Origin: a virus
Taxonomy: Duplodnaviria; Caudoviricetes
Direction: 5' to 3' (one strand)
IMG/VR virus record: IMGVR_UViG_3300030419_006251
Location: 96,001-160,000 of that record
Length of the DNA: 64,000 bases
Below, piece by piece: positions 55,069-64,000 of this stretch. Position numbers and translations under genes: made by a program. The notes under the pieces are model-generated. The model saw only the letters and a list, made by a program, of their open reading frames with translations. It ran no database searches and was not told the origin of the DNA. Positions within the stretch are counted from its first letter, which is position 1. Each line of letters opens with the position of its first letter.

Positions 55069-56024
55069 TTTGCGTTCCCTTCAATAAACACATCATTAAA
55101 TTTTTTCATAACATTCTCTGGCGTGTATTTATCTACTAATACACTGTACTTTCCACCATGCGTTTCTCGTCTGACATTTACCAGATGTGTATATAACTCT
55201 TCTGGTTCGTTATACCATAGACCTTCTTCGCCAAGCATCTTAAGGTGATTTTGATCGCCCCCTCCTGGCCAAGCAATTACTGGCTTATCGTGATACAAAA
55301 ACTCTCCTATTGCTAAACCAAAACTTTCTCCCATGGCCCGGGCATGAATCATCGCATCGCACATTCCAATAAAATTTGATTTTTCTTGTAAATCGTAAAT
55401 CGGATCTAAATGAATAATATTGGGCAAAGGCATACAAAATCGATCTGTATTTAAAAATACAAAATATAAAAATCTATTATTTAAAGCTGCTCGTTCAATA
55501 ATCGAACCAATGGGCAAATTAAATTGATCTCTTCCGCCGTGTCGGCCAATAACAACTGCGTGTTCTGGAATATTCAATTGTGCGCGCATATCTGCATTTG
55601 GTTGTGGCATATTGATCATGTGAGGTACATACGGAGAATTACCAGAGGTCATCTTATCTGACAACCACTCCGACACATACGCATATATATCGCCGTGCGG
55701 CTCATAGTTTTGGAAAACTGCATGGACACCTGTTTTACACGCATCTGTTATTTTTCCATCTTTTTCTCCGCCTTTGATCATATAAAGTAAATCCGCCTGC
55801 TCTGCTTTAATAATTGCATCAACTTCGGACCAGTCATCGTATCCAAAAATCTCAAAATGTTTTTTGTACTTTTCAATCCCTAAAGGATGATTGGCGGTAG
55901 AACCCTTCCAGTGTAAAACAATAGATTCATTTCCTAATATTTTTCTATTAAAATATGCATAATCAAACATGGCTACAGAGGCGCCTCGCAAGCATATTTC
56001 ATTTGAGTGAAAGGCAATTTTCAT
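55065..56024 (-). CDS. GT-B glycosyltransferase (GT4-like)
   Basis: DAMIHARAMGESFGLAIGEFL (EX7E), KPVI. Confidence 0.75.
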   Translation of the reverse strand: MKIAFHSNEICLRGASVAMFDYAYFNRKILGNESIVLHWKGSTANHPLGIEKYKKHFEIFGYDDWSEVDAIIKAEQADLLYMIKGGEKDGKITDACKTGVHAVFQNYEPHGDIYAYVSEWLSDKMTSGNSPYVPHMINMPQPNADMRAQLNIPEHAVVIGRHGGRDQFNLPIGSIIERAALNNRFLYFVFLNTDRFCMPLPNIIHLDPIYDLQEKSNFIGMCDAMIHARAMGESFGLAIGEFLYHDKPVIAWPGGGDQNHLKMLGEEGLWYNEPEELYTHLVNVRRETHGGKYSVLVDKYTPENVMKKFNDVFIEGNAK

Positions 56025-56698
56025 TTTAATATCTCACTGTTATAAAGGCCGCATTGCGAACCTTGTCTTGTAATTGGTGGCTCCCACCAATATACTTTCA
56101 TATCCGCCTCCTTCATATGATAATTGATCTCGAAATCAATTGGAAGCGTAAATGGTTTTGTATTCTTGTTTATTATAGCAGCTGCTTCATAGTTTATTAA
56201 ATACGAATCTACACATTTGCTAGCCGGATGTTCTTTGCGATATGCCACAACTCCGTCTTTCACCTTTCTTTTAGGAATTCTTAAATTACAACCATTGCCT
56301 ATAAAAATCAAATCCCAATCTTTTGGAGTCGATAGCAAATTAAAATTAAACACTTCAACAAATCTATCACTAAATAACAAATCATCTTCTAAAATAAGGG
56401 CGGTAGATATTTTATTATTTACAATATCTTCCCAGATTTTAATATGTTTATATGCAATTGATTTTTCAGATTTAGTAAGTTCTTTCCAAGGTATTGGGCC
56501 GCCATAATCTAAACTAAAAATTTTTTTATACCACAAATCACAATTACTATCATAGATCTCACCTAACTGCTTCTCAGTTGGCTCACACTCAATCCATGTT
56601 ACATCAATATTAAACTCTTGAAGTGTTTTGAGTAATTTTTCTTTTCTTTCTCGCAGCGGAGTATAATGAGCTACATAAATCTTATCAACCATCAACAT
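56021..56698 (-). CDS. GT25-family glycosyltransferase (Lex2B-like)
   Basis: IYVAHY..ERK, HIKIWEDIV, ALILEDD, YLINYEAA, PID. Confidence 0.8.
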   Translation of the reverse strand: MLMVDKIYVAHYTPLRERKEKLLKTLQEFNIDVTWIECEPTEKQLGEIYDSNCDLWYKKIFSLDYGGPIPWKELTKSEKSIAYKHIKIWEDIVNNKISTALILEDDLLFSDRFVEVFNFNLLSTPKDWDLIFIGNGCNLRIPKRKVKDGVVAYRKEHPASKCVDSYLINYEAAAIINKNTKPFTLPIDFEINYHMKEADMKVYWWEPPITRQGSQCGLYNSEILK

Positions 56699-57573
56699 AT
56701 TATATTCTCCTCAAAAAACTTAAGCACTGATTCGGGCTTAACCGAGTCTGGAATTTTTCCTGATGGGAAAACCGGGGCTGTGATGTATTGTTCATATAAA
56801 CTATCGTCTGATTCAATTTCCTCAATTAAATCGACTACTTCAACCAAATCATTAAATTTATGTACATCAATAAATGCGTCTTTGTTGAAGTCCAAATGAG
56901 CAATCGGAGATCCCCAATAGATAGGAATACTACCAATCGACAATGGGTGCAACAACTTTTCTGTTGTATATCCCGGATGCGATGAATTTTCTGCCGCAAT
57001 TGTAAACCGGTAATTTGAAATAAAATCTACTTTGGGCTTCTGATCTCCTCGACCCGGAATTCGTTGACCCATATTGTTTAAAAGACTGCCGGCAGAGTCA
57101 ACTCGCTCGTACATTGAAATTTCATTTAACAGTGGTACTCGAATTCCCGTATGGTTGGAAAAAATAAAATTACAAAACTTTGGTTTCTTCCTTATTTTTC
57201 GAGGGCCAATTAAATTATTTAAAGGAGTTAAATAAGAAACATCTCGCTCTTCTGAGTGGGGTACATTGAACCAATTAATCCACAGCACCCAGAGAGGTAG
57301 GCGATAGTTTTTTGGGTTGTCCGAAAAATCAAATGAAAATGCAAATTCGCATTCATCGAAATTGGGCCTTTTATTCTCGCCAGTATAATAAACCTTTCGC
57401 GTCGTGCTGTGCGCTTTGTGCGAAGTTCCGAAATCTGCATAAAAAAGAATATCTGGAGTTTCGCTTATCTCCACATCGTACTTGGTCGAAAGAAGATGAT
57501 AAAAATAATTGTCCGTTGCAACAAAGTTTGGCCAAAAGTCAGCAAAGTTAATTTTTAACTTCATATATCCCAC
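56692..57573 (-). CDS. Alpha-1,3/4-fucosyltransferase-like (GT10)
   Basis: KFCNFIFSN, YRFTIAAENSSHPGYTTEKLL (GT10 fucosyltransferase motif), IPIYWG; gmd and fcl lie in the same island. Confidence 0.85.
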   Translation of the reverse strand: MGYMKLKINFADFWPNFVATDNYFYHLLSTKYDVEISETPDILFYADFGTSHKAHSTTRKVYYTGENKRPNFDECEFAFSFDFSDNPKNYRLPLWVLWINWFNVPHSEERDVSYLTPLNNLIGPRKIRKKPKFCNFIFSNHTGIRVPLLNEISMYERVDSAGSLLNNMGQRIPGRGDQKPKVDFISNYRFTIAAENSSHPGYTTEKLLHPLSIGSIPIYWGSPIAHLDFNKDAFIDVHKFNDLVEVVDLIEEIESDDSLYEQYITAPVFPSGKIPDSVKPESVLKFFEENIIC

Positions 57574-58223
57574 ACCCTGCTGTCGACATCATTTTCGTCA
57601 AATACTTGTCCTATAAAGTTAACAGGATATCCACCCTCGTCCAAACCTCCTTCTCGTTTTACGGGAAAAGGTTTCTTTTCAAAATAATCATCATGTACGC
57701 AAGATTCTTCGCGGACGATTGGGTATATTACATTTCTCAAAAAATCTTGATCAATCTGCCATCTGTCTTCTTTCGGAAATCTACTAATCAAACGCGACAT
57801 GTTAGATAAAAGACTATTTCTTACGCCCCACATTCCGCCCATGATTGGTGCTGCGTGACATGGGTGATCTCTCATAATATGAAAATCCTTATCTCCAGCC
57901 AACCAATCATCAACTGCTGCTTTCTCTCTTTGTGTTAGACGACTATCTGTGTCCCGCGAGATCATGACATCGACATTAGGATCTGATGCCGCATAAAACC
58001 TCCAAAACATTCCGTTCCAATCGCCGGGATCCTGCATGATGTATAATTCAGTATTATTCATCATGAATAAGTTGTTGATGATTCCCATGGGAACACATTT
58101 GGCAATATAAAATCGACATACCCAATCAGGATAAATTTCTTTTGCCAGTTGTGCATTTTTTATTGCACCAACAGTATATCTCGGATTCGAACCCCACAAA
58201 CAAAAACTAATGACCTTTTTCAT
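57561..58223 (-). CDS. Putative GT-A-like protein (KKVISFxLWG family)
   Basis: KKVISFCLWG, MFWRF, ISRDTDSR (DxD), RDHPCH, IMGGMWG, DQDFL. Confidence 0.55.
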   Translation of the reverse strand: MKKVISFCLWGSNPRYTVGAIKNAQLAKEIYPDWVCRFYIAKCVPMGIINNLFMMNNTELYIMQDPGDWNGMFWRFYAASDPNVDVMISRDTDSRLTQREKAAVDDWLAGDKDFHIMRDHPCHAAPIMGGMWGVRNSLLSNMSRLISRFPKEDRWQIDQDFLRNVIYPIVREESCVHDDYFEKKPFPVKREGGLDEGGYPVNFIGQVFDENDVDSRVWDI

Positions 58224-59017
58224 AAACTCTCCACAATTCTTTTTGTTGTTTCAAACGAGCCTAGTCTAGAACAATTACGCTCGTACCATTGCCTGCCGTA
58301 GTAAGACAGGTATTGCCATTGCGCCTCAGAGCAGCCTTTGACCGCCTGCTGAACCTCTTGTGGCGTCTCAGCCCTTAAATAGTGCTTTCCCTCTATTAGA
58401 GGGTCGTGATAGGCCGTACAGACGCCTTCTGTAATTACCGGGACAACTCCAAGGCCCAAATATTCAATTTCTCTATTACATTTGGGCCCGTACCCCGGAA
58501 GGCACAACCCAAATTTTGTACTAGCAACTTTTTCTAAATATTCGTCTTGTGTAAATGGCCAATTAAAGCTATCACCCATCGCAATGGGCATGTTGAACAG
58601 CTCTATGGCTTCAAACCAGTTGTGAGCAGTTCTGTTTGCCAACTGAACTCTATTTTCGACTTTTCCGAGGAATATAGATTCAATTTCTCGCTCTGCATAT
58701 GTTTTAATTCCATTGTGAATCTTTTCCTCTAATTTTCGAGGATGTCTGGCCCAATAAATCCAAGGATGAGCGTTTGGCCATCGGTGCTGCATACCGGCAA
58801 ATAGGCCGCTCTTCCAGTGGCCAGGAAGATTCGGGTAAACATCATAACGATCATACTCATAAAGCAAAATATCTCCAGGTTCGTTAGCCCAAAGAAATAC
58901 ATCACCAGCATCGTCATCTATTATTTCGCAATAACCAGATTCTTGCCACATATCTAATAGTTCTCTTGATGTGTCACCTTTGTGTTCTGGAGTTTGTACG
59001 CCTCTGTGGATTTTCAT
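58220..59017 (-). CDS. Exostosin/GT47-like glycosyltransferase
   Basis: TKFGLCLPGYGPKCNREIEYLGLGVVPVI matches the GT47 C-terminal FCLxPxG...R..E...GxxPV pattern. Confidence 0.55.
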   Translation of the reverse strand: MKIHRGVQTPEHKGDTSRELLDMWQESGYCEIIDDDAGDVFLWANEPGDILLYEYDRYDVYPNLPGHWKSGLFAGMQHRWPNAHPWIYWARHPRKLEEKIHNGIKTYAEREIESIFLGKVENRVQLANRTAHNWFEAIELFNMPIAMGDSFNWPFTQDEYLEKVASTKFGLCLPGYGPKCNREIEYLGLGVVPVITEGVCTAYHDPLIEGKHYLRAETPQEVQQAVKGCSEAQWQYLSYYGRQWYERNCSRLGSFETTKRIVESL

Positions 59018-59880
59018 GCTGCTCCGTAGAAGTTTTTAAGCTCGTTATTCTCAAACAGCTTGTTTCTTATTTCGGGAAACCGGTTTAACAAGTGTTTTGT
59101 GTATTTTCCACGAGAATCAACCGGTTCCCCTGCCCAATTATCTAGATCACACTGTTTTTGAAGCAAAAATACCATTTTTTGCTCATTATTCATTTTTATC
59201 TGCGATATTTGCTCTTTTGAGGCCTCAATACACGGAAAATCTTGAGAATTCGCCTGATTATACGCCTTATGGTCAAAAAAGTGATTTTTTGTGAATTCTG
59301 GGCTATTTGTGAATCTTTCTATCATTAAATCCTGATCTGAGCCATAATTTCCGTGTTTCATTGCATAATATGTATAAAAACTATCAAATTTCATTATATA
59401 TGGCACTTTTTGAGGTTTAAAGCTCGATAATCCTGCTAGCATGCGACATTTTATGCCATAATGGTTCTGATGTGTTCTTAAAGTACCAATTGCGCACGAA
59501 GATTGTTCAAATGCGCTTGTATATCGATATTCTGTCTCTGTTGGGATTGAATCTATATCTCTGGTATGAAAAACTTCAATATCCCTCTCCCACAATGGCA
59601 TCATACGCCAAATAGCCGGCTCGGTACCGGCATATTCTAGCTCAATTGTTTCATATGTCTGCGATAAGGCTTCAAATACCGGAAATAAGCGATGTTCCAT
59701 AATATTTGGAGTAATATAGACGCGCATTTCATGGTTTGGGTATAATATTCGGTTTGTTAACACTACTGAAGGGAGGTTAAACCAATATCTATCCCTATTA
59801 GCCCTATGTTTGTCGTGTGTTCTGTGTTGTGGTAGAATTTTTGGACTGAACAGACTGTACGAAAGCACCTTCTTCAGCAT
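59014..59880 (-). CDS. Putative GT-A-like protein, paralogue of 57561..58223
   Basis: KKVLSYSLF, IWRM, TRDIDS, MLAGL, DQDLM align with the motifs of 57561..58223. Confidence 0.55.
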   Translation of the reverse strand: MLKKVLSYSLFSPKILPQHRTHDKHRANRDRYWFNLPSVVLTNRILYPNHEMRVYITPNIMEHRLFPVFEALSQTYETIELEYAGTEPAIWRMMPLWERDIEVFHTRDIDSIPTETEYRYTSAFEQSSCAIGTLRTHQNHYGIKCRMLAGLSSFKPQKVPYIMKFDSFYTYYAMKHGNYGSDQDLMIERFTNSPEFTKNHFFDHKAYNQANSQDFPCIEASKEQISQIKMNNEQKMVFLLQKQCDLDNWAGEPVDSRGKYTKHLLNRFPEIRNKLFENNELKNFYGAA

Positions 59881-61855
59881 TTTCCCTCTCTTTCTCCATC
59901 ATAGTCTTATACTTTGTATAAATTTCCTTTTCTTCTTCCTGTTTCCAGGCAAAATTTTCAAAATTTGTAGAAATACCCTTTGGATTAAAATAGTATAAGC
60001 CTAAAATATCATTAATTTTCTTAAATTCTGCTCCTCCAAAAGTGCAGCGAAGAAAAAACTCCCAATCACCAGCCGATTTATAGTCGCTATTAAACTCTCC
60101 ATGTTGTTCGTGTAAAGATTTTCTCCACATTGGATTATTATGAGGCTGATTACCTCTTAACATAGCATCTTTTGAAAACTGTTCGAAATTATACCTGCGA
60201 TCTTGTGAAGTATTGTTATCGAATGTTTCGTTTGGTGCGTTTGTAATATAAGAATCTGCATATACGAGATCAATATTTGGATTTGTATATAATTCGCGTG
60301 CATGAACTTCTAAGGAATTAGATGCTTTTCTATCATCTAAATTGGCATTAGTTACATATTCGCCAGTAGCCAATTTTAGAGCCTCATTCCAAGTACCGTA
60401 TATGCCCGGATCTTCATCTAGCTTTTTATAGATAATGTTGTCGTATTTTTGCATATACTTTTCAATTACTTCCTCCTCATTCCCGGGAGAATTTGCATTA
60501 ACCAATATTAATTCACACTTATCGAACACAGTTTGATTAGTCATATCATTTAAGAATGGTTCGATGAATTCTTCGCCATCATAAACAGAAGTTATGATTG
60601 AAATCTTTGGCAATTCATCAGTATCAAATCTAATAATTTCTTGTCCCAATACAGATTCGGCAAACAATTTGTATTGCCTCTCTTCTGTGAAGGTTTTCAT
60701 AATATGTTTGTATAGCTTGTTTGCCATTCCAACATATTTGGTATAATCTTTCTTTACATTTCGTATAGTAGACTTATAACTTTTTTCAATTGGATAACAC
60801 CACATAGAATCGGGCTGCACAACTCCATCCCATACTGCTTCAGGCTGTACATGGTTTAGATTATAATCAACTCTTCCAAATAAGGGTCTAACTCTGCTTT
60901 TCTTGGATTTTTTATTAACAACTGGTGCATATAAGAAATCGCAATGTCCGCTCCAGGCCGGGGCAATCACTGGCAGCTTATGCTGTGCTGCTTCAAACAT
61001 AGGCAGGCCGAACCCTTCTCCATGTGCTAAGTTAATGAAGGCCTTAATTTTATCATTCGAATATAATCCAGCTAATTCCTCATTTGTCATAGAGCCGTGC
61101 AAAAAGTAAATTTTACACTTTCGCTCTCCATAGGGCTCTAAAAGTGCCTTAAGTTTCTTAGAAGTATAAAAGTGATCAATATTTGAATTTGTTTTCTGGA
61201 ATGTTTTGACCACTAGGCCGACTTCCTCATCTTTAAACTCCTCAACGAACCACTTAATTGTATTATCGAGATTTTTTCTAGGACCCCATTGTGACATTGT
61301 TAAAAAATTAAAATCATATTCTAAATCTAATTCCAACGGTTCAATATCATGCTGTTTGGTACAATAATTTACAGCTGTAACTGGCTTTTCACACTTTATT
61401 TTGAGTGGCGCGCCGGTACGACGATCAGTAGCATCATAACTAGTAATATCGAAGCCGGTTTTTGCAAACTCGGAAACAACAATAATTCTATCCATTAAAA
61501 AGCTTTTTTCTACCCATTGTGGAGCTATTTTAGTAGTTTCAATACCAGCAGTATATCCCACATCAACAGCAGCGATCTTTTCCCACTCATTAGGAATTGT
61601 TACTTGCAACGAAAGATCGAATTGACCACCAGACGAAATATATTCGATAGTCTTGGCTAATGTTGCATCAATCCATTTCCTTTCTTCTGAGACATCTGTG
61701 ATAAATCCAGTGTGGCCCCATGAAATGTTAATCAAATAGATATCAAATATATCTTCATATGCCCTAAGAGCGCGTAGAGCGAACCTACATTGCTCGCCAT
61801 ATCCAGAAAGTGACATGGCGGGGCCTTTTACTAAAATCTTCTTCTTGTTCGTCAT
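59804..61855 (-). CDS. Bifunctional glycosyltransferase: N-terminal GT4 (GT-B) + C-terminal GT2 (GT-A)
   Basis: GEGFGLPMFEA (EX7E); then KISIITSVY, ILVNANSP, NANLDDR, AGDWEF. ATG at 61855 overlaps the upstream TGA. Confidence 0.85.
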   Translation of the reverse strand: MTNKKKILVKGPAMSLSGYGEQCRFALRALRAYEDIFDIYLINISWGHTGFITDVSEERKWIDATLAKTIEYISSGGQFDLSLQVTIPNEWEKIAAVDVGYTAGIETTKIAPQWVEKSFLMDRIIVVSEFAKTGFDITSYDATDRRTGAPLKIKCEKPVTAVNYCTKQHDIEPLELDLEYDFNFLTMSQWGPRKNLDNTIKWFVEEFKDEEVGLVVKTFQKTNSNIDHFYTSKKLKALLEPYGERKCKIYFLHGSMTNEELAGLYSNDKIKAFINLAHGEGFGLPMFEAAQHKLPVIAPAWSGHCDFLYAPVVNKKSKKSRVRPLFGRVDYNLNHVQPEAVWDGVVQPDSMWCYPIEKSYKSTIRNVKKDYTKYVGMANKLYKHIMKTFTEERQYKLFAESVLGQEIIRFDTDELPKISIITSVYDGEEFIEPFLNDMTNQTVFDKCELILVNANSPGNEEEVIEKYMQKYDNIIYKKLDEDPGIYGTWNEALKLATGEYVTNANLDDRKASNSLEVHARELYTNPNIDLVYADSYITNAPNETFDNNTSQDRRYNFEQFSKDAMLRGNQPHNNPMWRKSLHEQHGEFNSDYKSAGDWEFFLRCTFGGAEFKKINDILGLYYFNPKGISTNFENFAWKQEEEKEIYTKYKTMMEKERENAEEGAFVQSVQSKNSTTTQNTRQT

Positions 61856-63123
61856 ACTTCCTCCATTGTCCACGACTGATAATTTTTTCTTGCATCCCAA
61901 GAACCATGAGTATTAATAATGTGCGTCATTACCTCATCCCATTTCTTTGTATAAGAATCAAATGAATAATTCTTTAAAACATGTTTTCGACCTTTAGCTC
62001 CCATTTTTTTCCTTTCTTCGCGAGTCATGTGGTACATTTTCTTCAAGGCATTAATAAAATCGTCCTTGCTAATTCTATCTTCATAGATATACGGTACATC
62101 CTGAGAGCCTATAATTGCCTTAGAAGAAGGCTCTATCCCTACTCCGAAATATTCCTTACCGTCTGTAACTTGTTCTTGCAATCCTCCAGTCATGTTTACA
62201 ATTACTGGGGTTCCGCAACTTAAAGATTCCAATGTTGATAACCCAAATCCTTCCGCATCTGAAATATTGATCGTACAGTCCGCCACATTATAAATCATTG
62301 CCAATTCTTTCAAATCAACCTTATTGACAGAAAGTAGCACTTGACCGTCGGTAATATCTAATTCTTCCAATATGGCCTCTAAGTCTTGCCCATGCGGATC
62401 TTTAGGTTCTGTGTGCATAATCAAAGTGGCATTATCATGTCCTACTTCGTCTAAAAATTCTTTAAACCACCAAATTAAAGTTCCGCTCTGCTTTCTTCGA
62501 GCGTTTCGATTATTCCAAAAGAAAACTACCTTTTCTTTTCCATTGACAATTAGTTTGTCATGTTTTTCTTTATATTCTTGTACCACTTGCTCAGATAATG
62601 GGCAATATGCAGATGACGGAACAGCGTGTGGAACATGGATACACTCAACATCAGGAGATACTGTTCTAACAATATCATCAGTAACTTTGGAAATTGTGCA
62701 CACAACATCATTAGAATCATAAAATTTCTTATTAAATGTCGGATAAGGATAATTATCCCACACATGATAGTACACCATTGGAACATGTGGACGAATTTCG
62801 TTTTCTATCATCCAAAGCCAAGTCCAAAACCTAGGATCAGTCATAAACCAGACAACATCTGGCCTCTCGTTGATTACTATAGAGCGCACCTGATCTTCAG
62901 TGCCATATCCATCGACCGGATATATGATCCAATCTTCGCCATATTCTTCAGTATATACTGGATTATGATTTTCGTGCCTGATGGCGCCGCCAAGCGAAAT
63001 AACTTTGTATTTGCCAGTATCAAGCAAGCCCTCGATCATAAATCTAGTCTGTGTGCCCACACCCGAGGGAGAGAGTGGATGGTCTGATAGTGTTAGTATT
63101 AGTGTTTTTTTGTCTTCTGTCAT
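61852..63123 (-). CDS. GT4-family glycosyltransferase
   Basis: SGVGTQT, HVPHAV, NNRNARRK, AEGFGLSTLESLSCGTPVI (EX7E). Confidence 0.85.
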   Translation of the reverse strand: MTEDKKTLILTLSDHPLSPSGVGTQTRFMIEGLLDTGKYKVISLGGAIRHENHNPVYTEEYGEDWIIYPVDGYGTEDQVRSIVINERPDVVWFMTDPRFWTWLWMIENEIRPHVPMVYYHVWDNYPYPTFNKKFYDSNDVVCTISKVTDDIVRTVSPDVECIHVPHAVPSSAYCPLSEQVVQEYKEKHDKLIVNGKEKVVFFWNNRNARRKQSGTLIWWFKEFLDEVGHDNATLIMHTEPKDPHGQDLEAILEELDITDGQVLLSVNKVDLKELAMIYNVADCTINISDAEGFGLSTLESLSCGTPVIVNMTGGLQEQVTDGKEYFGVGIEPSSKAIIGSQDVPYIYEDRISKDDFINALKKMYHMTREERKKMGAKGRKHVLKNYSFDSYTKKWDEVMTHIINTHGSWDARKNYQSWTMEEV

Positions 63124-63134
63124 TTTATTCCTTT

Positions 63135-63908
63135 TTACGGACAGTGTTCTGTTTTATAAAAATCGCAACCATATCCGCTAGTACACGAAAGGCGATTTTT
63201 TATGCATGAGCCCTTTTTTATATTGTGCAATGCTTTTTTCAACAACTCAAGTGCATTATTTGTTTTCTTATTTCCGCTTGAAACTTTAAAGAATTCGACG
63301 CGTTCATTTTTTGCTGTTCTTTTTAAAAGAGCAAAATGAGTATCTACAATTGCTGGATCTATATCGTGCTTTTTACACCAATAGTATTTATACAATGTAA
63401 GTTGGTATGTTGTCATTGGCTCTGTTCGCCGGCGGAAATTCCATCCCCATGAACAAGTTTTCCAATCTACTATATGATATCTTCCATCGTTTGTTTTTAA
63501 AACAGCATCGATAAAACCTTTAAACTTATAATCTTTAAAATCCTCTATCTCTTCGTAAAGTTGTTCTTCAGTCGAAGCAACCTCAAATTCACCAAAATAA
63601 TTATTTAATGCTTCTTCGACTTCCGGAAGTATAGCCAAGCCTTGTCCCACCATTTGATCAACAAGTCGGCGATCCACAGACACACCGTCTCCGAGAGCAG
63701 CAATGTGATTAGAAAAACTATCAATAAAAACTCTTGCATCGTCAATATTCTCCTTTAATAGTTTCTTTTCACAAACATCATGAATTGCTGTTCCAAAAGC
63801 AGTAAATTCATTACCCTTAAAGCCGTCAATCTTGTCAATATGTACCAACTTGTGATAAAAAGAACAAAAATTCCAGTTCTTTAATTCCGAATAGGAAATG
63901 TGTGACAT
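63135..63908 (-). CDS. PD-(D/E)XK exonuclease (RecB/AddB/Cas4-like), probably Fe-S binding
   Basis: ISYSEL..C, GTAIH, KGFIDAV, IVDWKT, QLTLY; C-terminal CTSGYGCDFYKTEHC. ATG at 63908. Confidence 0.85.
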   Translation of the reverse strand: MSHISYSELKNWNFCSFYHKLVHIDKIDGFKGNEFTAFGTAIHDVCEKKLLKENIDDARVFIDSFSNHIAALGDGVSVDRRLVDQMVGQGLAILPEVEEALNNYFGEFEVASTEEQLYEEIEDFKDYKFKGFIDAVLKTNDGRYHIVDWKTCSWGWNFRRRTEPMTTYQLTLYKYYWCKKHDIDPAIVDTHFALLKRTAKNERVEFFKVSSGNKKTNNALELLKKALHNIKKGSCIKNRLSCTSGYGCDFYKTEHCP

Positions 63909-63910
63909 TT

Positions 63911-64000
63911 TCACTCCACAGCTTTAGTTGTTGTTTTTTTTCTTGATGAGCGACGACTTTTCTTCGGTGGCTCTTTTTCTTCTGGCGGTGGTGCTGACGC
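63911..64000 (-). CDS. 3' end of a gene entering from beyond the window (Pro/Lys/Arg-rich tail)
   Basis: Open frame ASAPPPEEKEPPKKSRRSSRKKTTTKAVE ending in TGA at 63911-63913, next to the nuclease start. Confidence 0.6.
   Translation of the reverse strand, partial: ASAPPPEEKEPPKKSRRSSRKKTTTKAVE

Noticed and set aside
187-62722. All plus-strand ORFs in the track, including 4088..4738 (216 aa) and 14620..15327 (235 aa)
   Set aside because: They lie antisense to, or overlap, minus-strand genes with clear motifs or operon coupling, and show no recognisable motifs; treated as shadow ORFs.
44722-63123. Host O-antigen or capsule locus captured intact
   Set aside because: No wzx/wzy/wzm/kps or priming transferase; seamless same-strand coupling to phage genes on both sides. 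Mis-assembly cannot be fully excluded without reads.
63135-63908. Cas4 as part of a CRISPR system
   Set aside because: No repeat-spacer array or other cas gene is visible; the repeats at 3595-3856 and 4351-4404 are in-frame coding repeats without spacers.
1-64000. Eukaryotic giant virus origin, suggested by the Mre11-Rad50 fusion, glycosylation genes and NLS-like Arg tracts
   Set aside because: SD sequences, sigma70-type promoters, a sigma factor, DnaG-type primase, gp25/gp6 baseplate genes and overlapping operons indicate a tailed phage of a prokaryote.
1-64000. Stop-codon reassignment, as in some large phages
   Set aside because: Code-11 ORFs tile the window, and TAG (2769, 6323, 9745), TGA (3029, 4477, 51033) and TAA all end genes at sensible junctions.

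Overview
This window is a gene-dense segment of a large, contractile-tailed (myovirus-like, T4-type baseplate) bacteriophage genome. Every credible gene is on the minus strand, and many are coupled by ATGA/TAATG overlaps. In transcription order (64 kb to 1 bp): (i) a PD-(D/E)XK nuclease; (ii) an ~18.4 kb glycan island (44.7-63.1 kb) with about ten glycosyltransferase-like genes, GDP-fucose synthesis (gmd, fcl) and an unusual NDP-heptose-like module. That module has an HldE-type kinase, an RpiB isomerase fused to an HldE-type nucleotidyltransferase, a GT9-like protein, AraD, transaldolase, two cupins and two HAD phosphatases, but no GmhA. (iii) A phage sigma factor and a baseplate/tail operon (split gp5-like hub/spike, gp25, gp6/J, and proteins of 2654, 3772, 1303 and 861 aa). 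(iv) A RuvC-like resolvase and a DNA primase. (v) A cluster of putative capsid-internal proteins sharing an MKITKxQL(R/K)Q(I/L)IxEE leader. (vi) An Mre11/SbcD-Rad50/SbcC fusion that runs off the left edge and is missing from the supplied ORF track. No tRNA, rRNA, CRISPR array or genetic-code reassignment was seen. All functional calls come from motifs read by eye; no database search was run.
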